In this document: positions 32,264-38,299 of the stretch, in pieces
How positions within the stretch are numbered: position 1 is the first letter of the stretch
How the letters are laid out: each line of letters begins with the position of its first letter
DNA from: a virus
Reading direction: 5' to 3' (one strand)
Virus record (IMG/VR): IMGVR_UViG_3300022690_000367
Length of the DNA stretch: 38,299 bases
Position numbers and translations under genes: made by a program
Notes under the pieces: model-generated
What the model was told of the DNA's origin: nothing
Databases searched by the model: none
The model's input: only the letters and a program-made list of their open reading frames with translations

Positions 32264-33253
32264 TTATTCACCTTTGAATTTCCGTTGTGCTTTACGAAGT
32301 GCAAAGGCGCTCTCAACAGACCCAAATCTCTTATGATTCGCTATAGCTTTCTCAAGCTCGGTTGTTGTAGTGCTTTTGCTTACTCCACCTGGTTTAGTGA
32401 CCACAGGGGCTTTTCTTACCTTTTTAGTGATAGCGGCGTTTGTTGCTCTGCTTGCGTGATATTTGGCAGCATCAATGAAGACTTGCCCGTTACCACCCAT
32501 CAAAATACCATTCTTCTTCTCTTCTGTGTAATCAAGAGAATCAAGATATTTATTAATAATCGCTATGTCGGCATCGTAAGCTTTAGTTGTCTTGCCATCT
32601 TTAACCCAACTTGGATTATCTTTGACTATTTTATCTAACGCTACTTTTTGTGATGCTTTTAACTCGCTATCAGAAACACTTGATTTAACGCCTTGAGCCT
32701 CCTTTAAGGCTTTTTTACGTTTCGCCTGCATCTCTGTTACTTTCAGGTATTCACCTGGGTCATTCTGTCGCAATTCATCAAGCGTATATCCATCAAAATC
32801 AGTTTGTTCAAACTCACCGATTAAGACTTCCAATGATGCGGATAAATCATCGAGCTTTTGAGACTTTTCAACTAACTCAGCTTGATTGGTTTCTAATTGC
32901 TTTCTGGTATCTGCGTTCGCTTGGCTTTTGCGCGTATAGTCAGACTGTCTTAAACTACCTTGTTTCCATTCTTCAATCTGTGTAAAGGATATTTCCTCAC
33001 CTTTAAAATCGATGTAGGAGTCCTCTAAATTGCTTTCTGGCTCTTCGGTTTCGTCTGTCTCTACAGTTTCAGGTTTAGCTTCTAGTGTTTCGGTGGTTTC
33101 CTCAACTTCTGCAGCTTCAACTTCTTCTGGTGATACTTCCTGTGCTTGAGGCTCTTCGGTTAGCGCTTCTGGCTCCGAATTCCCTCTTGCGGCTGTAATT
33201 CTCTTTAATATATCGTTTTGATTAGGTCCTGATAGGGTGTCTAATACGCTCAT
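32264..33253 (-). CDS. Scaffolding protein (329 aa)
   Basis: Lies between the portal-side genes and the capsid gene. Very acidic N-terminal half (E/T-rich), helical, with a basic C-terminus. Confidence 0.65.
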   Translation of the reverse strand: MSVLDTLSGPNQNDILKRITAARGNSEPEALTEEPQAQEVSPEEVEAAEVEETTETLEAKPETVETDETEEPESNLEDSYIDFKGEEISFTQIEEWKQGSLRQSDYTRKSQANADTRKQLETNQAELVEKSQKLDDLSASLEVLIGEFEQTDFDGYTLDELRQNDPGEYLKVTEMQAKRKKALKEAQGVKSSVSDSELKASQKVALDKIVKDNPSWVKDGKTTKAYDADIAIINKYLDSLDYTEEKKNGILMGGNGQVFIDAAKYHASRATNAAITKKVRKAPVVTKPGGVSKSTTTTELEKAIANHKRFGSVESAFALRKAQRKFKGE

Positions 33254-33257
33254 TATA

Positions 33258-33557
33258 TCACAATCCTGGTATTAATTTCTTTACCCTCTCCAGGTTGGTT
33301 AGGGTTTGTTGTCCAAATTTACCTGTATCCATCAACTCTTCGAAATAATCATGAACATAAGTAATTGTTTGCATCTTGCGCCATATCTCATCCCTTTCGG
33401 CGCTATCCTTAAATTTTGTGTTTTGAAACTGCTCCATACATTGGCCGCGAAACATCTGATAAGCCTCTTGATATACGGGGTTATCCATCACTTGTCTCGC
33501 TAATTCTGCTCGATCTATCTCTTCTCTTGCTTGTCTGGCCTGCTCTAATTCGCTCAC
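33258..33557 (-). CDS. Hypothetical protein (99 aa) between portal and scaffold
   Basis: ORF track. 4-nt overlap with the portal gene. Confidence 0.55.
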   Translation of the reverse strand: MSELEQARQAREEIDRAELARQVMDNPVYQEAYQMFRGQCMEQFQNTKFKDSAERDEIWRKMQTITYVHDYFEELMDTGKFGQQTLTNLERVKKLIPGL

Positions 33558-35602
33558 ACTCTACTCCCTGGAATATCTTGACCAGAATCAACTTCTAATT
33601 TAGTTAGATTAAAGGTTAGTTTTTCTTGTGCCTGTCTTGCGTCTTGAGCTGTTTTAGCATCAAACTGTCTGACATTTTCTGTTATTTTAGCAGCTTCTAT
33701 TCCTGCTTTTCCCTGAGCCTCTATTAGTTTGGCTTCCGCTCTAACTTGTTCAGCTTCAGCTAATGGATTTTGCTGCTGTTCTAACACTTGTTGCATTTTC
33801 TGTAAGTTTTTCTTAAGTATTTCATTCTCAGCTTGTAATAGTTGATCAGGTTGTTCTGGATCATTAAAGAACGGTTCAACTTGTTTAAATCCTAGACCTT
33901 TAACGATTTGAGATAGAGTATTAAATACCTTTACCTGATCAACCATTGGCGAGCCGGTTGCTTGTAATTGTTGTTGAATGCCTAATATACCTTGCATAGC
34001 ACCAATTAACTGGGCTGAATCTCCTGAGCCTAAACCAACATTAGATACTACCTTATGATTGTGACGCCATTCAGTAGGGTTAACAGTAAGTTGCTTTCCT
34101 AGCACTCTTATCTCTGATTCTGAATCTTGGAACTGTGACACCATCCATGCGGCACCCTCGTAAAGCTTCCTAAATCCTGTCTCAGCGAATGTTCTAGCAA
34201 CTAATTCTATCTTGGCCTGAGCGTCATCTCTAATTGCATTTACTTTTGTAGCTGTTTCTTTGGCGATTGCATCAGAATCTAATCCTTGCGAAGCCATTAA
34301 TGTACCGGTTGATTGCGATCTAACTAAATCCATGTATTGAATAACTTGCAATGACTGTTGCATCATAGGGGGTATCACTATGGGAGATACTGCAAATTGA
34401 GGTGGAACATCTGAACCTTTTTTTAGTCTTATAGCACCGTTCAGCCTTATTTTTAAATAGTCGTCAATATTAACATCGTTATGCACAACGCTTCGAGGAT
34501 GATTAACACTATACATATTATCAAGAGTCTGTCTTAACAATACGGTTTTAACTCGTTGAGTTTGTTGTGTTAGTTCCGCTCTGCTTATTCCAATAGCCTT
34601 ATGAGGCATAACCAAACAACTTAATGAGGCGTAAGGAACGTGATCGAAAGCTTCGTTTATTAGTACGTGGTTGCCCGACTTAAGAATGTGTCGCCTTTCT
34701 GCTATTCCATCTTGATCAAAGTCCACTAAAACATATAAATCAGTCAACTCTACTAACTCACTAGCCCAATCATTAATAGACTCTTGAGTAACAGTATCAC
34801 CCGTATCTCTATTTCTGATATTAGCTAACGCGCTTGATTCTGTTCTGTCAGTGCTAATGCTAGGTAGCTTGTTGATTAAGTCGCGTTTAAAGCCTTCCGC
34901 TAATAATTGGCCTCGGTTCTTCTGTTGTGGCCTATCTCCAACTAGTTCGGCGGTATCTATTGATGTTGCATTTTTAGAGATTAAGAACTGTTCAGGGGGG
35001 ACGTTAATTATTTTAAATTCTTGCTTACCTCTTGTGACTTTAAACGTGATATCAAACTCACCGGCCTCTAATTCTTCGCCGCGACTAACAATCTCTATCT
35101 TTTGCACGTTATCACGCTGTAAATCAGTAACTATCTGTTCTAATTCTTGCTCTGATACCCCAGTGAAACTTACTTCTTCTGTTTTTCGCTCGTCCTGGAT
35201 AAAGTATTTAACAACGCCATTCTTTTGAATTTCTGCGTCTTTCATCCATGATAACAATGTTTGATAAGACCATGGCTGTTCCATAATCAAATGATTAATA
35301 TATTTGTTCTTTTCCTCAACTTCTTTAAGTTCCTGTTCACTGCCGCCATTTGATTGAAATACTACTGGTTGAGTCGAGCCTAAAAATACTCGCGCATGAC
35401 TAGGCATATCTGATTCGACAACATCTTGAACATCAGGAGATATAACTTGAGATTGGTCGGCTTGTTCGTCGCCGTATGGACGTTGTAAATAGTCAGCAAG
35501 AAGCCTTTCATTTATCTTGGTGAATTCGCCATTAAATATAACTGCATCTTGTTCTGCGTTGTTTACAATAGCTAACAGTTCTGCATCTGACATTTCATGC
35601 AT
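33554..35602 (-). CDS. Portal protein (682 aa)
   Basis: Size and position immediately downstream of terL. Helical, Q-rich C-terminal barrel-like tail. Confidence 0.75.
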   Translation of the reverse strand: MHEMSDAELLAIVNNAEQDAVIFNGEFTKINERLLADYLQRPYGDEQADQSQVISPDVQDVVESDMPSHARVFLGSTQPVVFQSNGGSEQELKEVEEKNKYINHLIMEQPWSYQTLLSWMKDAEIQKNGVVKYFIQDERKTEEVSFTGVSEQELEQIVTDLQRDNVQKIEIVSRGEELEAGEFDITFKVTRGKQEFKIINVPPEQFLISKNATSIDTAELVGDRPQQKNRGQLLAEGFKRDLINKLPSISTDRTESSALANIRNRDTGDTVTQESINDWASELVELTDLYVLVDFDQDGIAERRHILKSGNHVLINEAFDHVPYASLSCLVMPHKAIGISRAELTQQTQRVKTVLLRQTLDNMYSVNHPRSVVHNDVNIDDYLKIRLNGAIRLKKGSDVPPQFAVSPIVIPPMMQQSLQVIQYMDLVRSQSTGTLMASQGLDSDAIAKETATKVNAIRDDAQAKIELVARTFAETGFRKLYEGAAWMVSQFQDSESEIRVLGKQLTVNPTEWRHNHKVVSNVGLGSGDSAQLIGAMQGILGIQQQLQATGSPMVDQVKVFNTLSQIVKGLGFKQVEPFFNDPEQPDQLLQAENEILKKNLQKMQQVLEQQQNPLAEAEQVRAEAKLIEAQGKAGIEAAKITENVRQFDAKTAQDARQAQEKLTFNLTKLEVDSGQDIPGSRV

Positions 35603-35663
35603 TAAATTAATCTCGATTGTTTGATAGTTTGAATTGTAACATATAATCTACGATAGATAAAAA

Positions 35664-37214
35664 CTATGCGATACTTACCTGGCCATAGCTTAAATCAGCC
35701 CATTCATCTTCTATTGGTGGTTCAAATCCAGACATCATTATGCAATCCCCTTCATTGGGAGAGTTTATTTTATTGGATTTCATATCCTTTTTGCTCATTA
35801 TCTGTTGCAAACCTCTTCCATTTGGAACTCTTGGTATCCTAGTTAACTGAGAACGTAAGTCGGATTTATTCTCCATGCCTTCAGAATCAAAGCTAATCAT
35901 TTCTTCCGGGTCAATGTACTCACCCCTAACAACGCACTTATAAGTATTGAACATTTTATTGGCTAATTTTATATAGTATTGCGACCGGTTGTTTAGAAAA
36001 ACTTCCTCTATCTTCTTTGGCTGATTGTCTTTGTCATCTAAAACATCTTGATAGACTTTACCAGCATTGTCCTGGCCTCTCCCAGACAATGACCCTCTAA
36101 AACCATGGTATTTAATGTGCTTACCTTGAAAATTTATTGATATCTGTCTTTTTAAGCCGGCACCCATGCCATCTTCATCCCACACAAACCAATCAGCTCC
36201 GTCATTAATAGCGTGATCAGTAGCCCAGTCACATGTCTCATCGATTGAACCTTTTTCTTTCGATCTTATTTTCTTGATGATAGAACCGTGCTTTAATATG
36301 TAGCCTCCAGCATCTTCTCCATCATTAAATGGATCATGAACAGCTATCTTACATCCATGAGGTTCGAAGACTTTCTTAAGCCTGGGTATCTTATGAGCAT
36401 CGATACAAGCGTCAAACCATTCACCTTTTATAATTGCATCCGCTACTTCATCTAAATAATTCCCATGCCATTTGTGCCTGTAGGCTGAGTCAGACATCTT
36501 TTCCTTATCATCAAGTCTTTCCTGCTCTAACCCAGAGGCAATAAACCATGATTGCGGCATGTCCGTATAATTCATCTCAACCACCATGATTGTATCGTCT
36601 TCATAGTATCCGCACCTAGCTAGCTCCTTATCAGCTCTTGCTAACCATTTCTTTGCAATTGCTCCAGTTCTCACACCGCGGTTCATAGTAATAATTATCT
36701 CTGGCATTTTAATACTGCTGTTAGCCAGTAAACTATCTAAGTCTTCAATTGATTCTACGCTTTTACCATCAAGAAGCTTTTCTGTGGCTGTGGCATTAAG
36801 GCGAACTGAAGCTGTCAAAACTCTTAACGTGTTATCTGATATGTCTTCGCCTTCCTCTATCCATAATCCATCAACGCCGGACAAGGTAGATTTTAACGAG
36901 GTGATGTTTCTTGATAGGCCGCGATAGAATGTTCTACCGCCTGATGTATGATTAATAGAAGTCTTGGTGTCTGTGAAGCCTGGTATTCCTAGCCTCTCTA
37001 TCTCATCAAGCAAAGTCCTGTGTACCGATTCTTCAATAGAGTTTTGGTTCTCTCTTGCGCAACACCACAACTCACCTGAATATACTTTAGCACCCACATA
37101 ATCGGCTATGCCGGTAGATTTAGTTGAACCTCGACCACCGACAATAATTTTAATTCTTTTAGGTTTGGTGAATATAGGATGAAGCTTATCAACATAATCT
37201 ATATTGATGTTCAA
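35664..37214 (-). CDS. terL: Terminase large subunit (516 aa, TTG start)
   Basis: Walker A IIVGGRGSTKST and Walker B-like GLWIEEGEDI, with a C-terminal nuclease-type region. TTGA overlap with the terS stop. Confidence 0.85.
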   Translation of the reverse strand: MNINIDYVDKLHPIFTKPKRIKIIVGGRGSTKSTGIADYVGAKVYSGELWCCARENQNSIEESVHRTLLDEIERLGIPGFTDTKTSINHTSGGRTFYRGLSRNITSLKSTLSGVDGLWIEEGEDISDNTLRVLTASVRLNATATEKLLDGKSVESIEDLDSLLANSSIKMPEIIITMNRGVRTGAIAKKWLARADKELARCGYYEDDTIMVVEMNYTDMPQSWFIASGLEQERLDDKEKMSDSAYRHKWHGNYLDEVADAIIKGEWFDACIDAHKIPRLKKVFEPHGCKIAVHDPFNDGEDAGGYILKHGSIIKKIRSKEKGSIDETCDWATDHAINDGADWFVWDEDGMGAGLKRQISINFQGKHIKYHGFRGSLSGRGQDNAGKVYQDVLDDKDNQPKKIEEVFLNNRSQYYIKLANKMFNTYKCVVRGEYIDPEEMISFDSEGMENKSDLRSQLTRIPRVPNGRGLQQIMSKKDMKSNKINSPNEGDCIMMSGFEPPIEDEWADLSYGQVSIA

Positions 37215-37708
37215 TCTTTGTTACTCACTGGATTGAATGTAAATGATACGTCAGCTACTTGGACTGGACCACCACCAGGACCTGTAAGAGCGCTCTCTGA
37301 TTTGTCTTTTAATCCTAGGTCCCTAGCTATAATATTTGGATTCATAAGCCCTGCCGTGGCTCCTGCGAACTTCTGTTCGTATATTATTTGCCTGATTGCC
37401 TTTATGATCTGGGAATATTCTTTCCCTTCTTTAATGTCAAGGTTTAAATCAGATTCGAAACCAGCGAGATATTCAGCATGAACGCCAAGAAACAAACACA
37501 AACCTCCAATAGTCATAGGTCTCATAAGAGCCTCAGTATCTTTACTCAGCTCACCTTGATAAACAATACCTTTCAACAATGGATTATCTTCGACCCACTC
37601 AAAGTATTCACACGCAGCATCCCATAGCAGCTCTGGAGTGGTAAAGATTTTATCTCTACCATGCTTACTTCTAGCTTTCCAGAATTGATTACCTTTAGGT
37701 GCTGACAT
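37211..37708 (-). CDS. terS: Terminase small subunit (165 aa)
   Basis: The N-terminal motif PKGNQFWKARSKHGRDKIFTTPELLWDAACEYFEWVEDNP is typical of a terS family. Lies directly upstream of terL. Confidence 0.75.
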   Translation of the reverse strand: MSAPKGNQFWKARSKHGRDKIFTTPELLWDAACEYFEWVEDNPLLKGIVYQGELSKDTEALMRPMTIGGLCLFLGVHAEYLAGFESDLNLDIKEGKEYSQIIKAIRQIIYEQKFAGATAGLMNPNIIARDLGLKDKSESALTGPGGGPVQVADVSFTFNPVSNKD

Positions 37709-37950
37709 TAAAACAAATCCTTTTCAATAACATCACCCGCTTTAAACTGCTTTATAGATTCCTCTAGGCGGTCAGCATTAGCTTTTGAACTTAATAGATA
37801 TTCTGTTTCTGTTTGTTTCTTAGTTACTTTGTAATCGATACTGCAGGATCCTCCAAAATTAGTTGGAATAAACTCTCCTTTAACTTCTTCTATCTCATAA
37901 CCAGAAGCCTCGATAAAAGCTCTTAGTAGTTTCATTTCGTTAGTCATCAT
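37708..37950 (-). CDS. 80-aa protein with a YefM/Phd-type antitoxin C-terminal segment
   Basis: TETEYLLSSKANADRLEESIKQFKAGDVIEKDLF versus E. coli YefM [34 protein letters not shown] gives about 19 identities in 34 residues. The YefM sequence is quoted from memory. Confidence 0.5.
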   Translation of the reverse strand: MMTNEMKLLRAFIEASGYEIEEVKGEFIPTNFGGSCSIDYKVTKKQTETEYLLSSKANADRLEESIKQFKAGDVIEKDLF

Positions 37951-38299
37951 AAATCCTCATGCCAATTAACATTAACCGACAAACCTTCACCATCAGTCAC
38001 TCGAAGTATATCTCCGGTATCTATGATAATGGTTCCTTTCTCAAGATTTGGTAGAAGCTTAAAGTGTTTAGCTATTGCTATAGCATCTGATTCCTCTATA
38101 TAAATTGAATCGACATCTACTACACCTAACGCTAAATTGTTTGAGTTAGGTGTAGCGCATGTAATATCCTCATCACTCCACTTATGCTTTGTTATATCGA
38201 AACCGCTGCATTGAAGGACATGAGAGACATCTTTATCTAGAACAATATTAAATCCGTTAGGGATGACGCTTATTGTCTTTACTCTTTTGCATTGTCCGT
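37947..38299 (-). CDS. Hypothetical protein, 3' part of the junction-spanning 132-aa ORF
   Basis: Manual translation ends ...NVNWHEDL, with TGA at 37947..37949 overlapping the ATG of the next gene (ATGA coupling). Confidence 0.55.
   Translation of the reverse strand, partial: GQCKRVKTISVIPNGFNIVLDKDVSHVLQCSGFDITKHKWSDEDITCATPNSNNLALGVVDVDSIYIEESDAIAIAKHFKLLPNLEKGTIIIDTGDILRVTDGEGLSVNVNWHEDL
38156..38299. repeat. Terminal direct repeat, copy 2 (exact duplicate of 1..144)
   Basis: Identical to 1..144. Confidence 0.95.

Noticed and set aside
35603-35663. Sequence ATAGTTTGA resembling the 12-bp operator, and a possible promoter between terL and the portal gene
   Set aside because: Only an 8-9-nt partial match, and no convincing -35/-10 pair.
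18188-37481. Plus-strand ORFs inside the structural module (18188, 18476, 19511, 20734, 22147, 23097, 24286, 29431, 30067, 30691, 32285, 33306, 33416, 34851, 37179)
   Set aside because: All are antisense shadows embedded in long, tightly packed minus-strand genes. They have low-complexity P/S/L-rich translations and no ribosome-binding sites.
1-38299. CRISPR arrays, rRNA genes, reverse transcriptase / DGR, retron, transposase
   Set aside because: I saw no spaced direct-repeat array, no rRNA-like segments and no RT or transposase motifs in any frame of the ORF track.

Overview
The window is a complete, circularly closed genome of a tailed phage. Bases 1..144 are identical to 38156..38299, so the unique length is 38,155 bp, and one ORF runs across the junction. 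One long minus-strand transcription direction runs from a divergent switch region (about 10917..11078). It passes through early genes (ERF-type annealing protein, Lar-like anti-restriction protein, a small single-domain tyrosine recombinase, many tiny ORFs), then a holin/M15-endolysin cassette. It continues across the junction into the packaging and virion module: TerS, TerL, portal, scaffold, major capsid, tail/adaptor candidates, three internal-virion-like proteins and a 767-aa fibre/spike. A plus-strand arm (11079..18135) carries an RHH regulator, small ORFs, a tRNA-Gln, an HNH-AP2 homing endonuclease, an HslV/proteasome-like peptidase, a phage Dam methyltransferase and a NinG/YbcO-like nuclease. 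I saw no rRNA, CRISPR array, DNA polymerase, primase or helicase. The most unusual signals are: (1) a textbook type I hammerhead ribozyme on the minus strand at 2931..2981, followed by an unclassified ~125-nt structured RNA; (2) a 242-bp non-coding element at 13461..13702 bounded by perfect 21-bp inverted repeats and containing a tRNA T-arm mimic, with a third copy of 11 nt of the repeat directly upstream of the FimB/E-sized recombinase gene; (3) a cupin-like + SET-domain protein inside the virion module; (4) a compact HslV-like Ntn peptidase; (5) an orphan protein with a YefM-type antitoxin C-terminus upstream of terS; (6) a homing endonuclease flanked by a duplicated gene N-terminus; (7) a perfect 116-bp direct repeat that duplicates a membrane micro-ORF. 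All functional calls come from motif recognition by eye. No database search was run.
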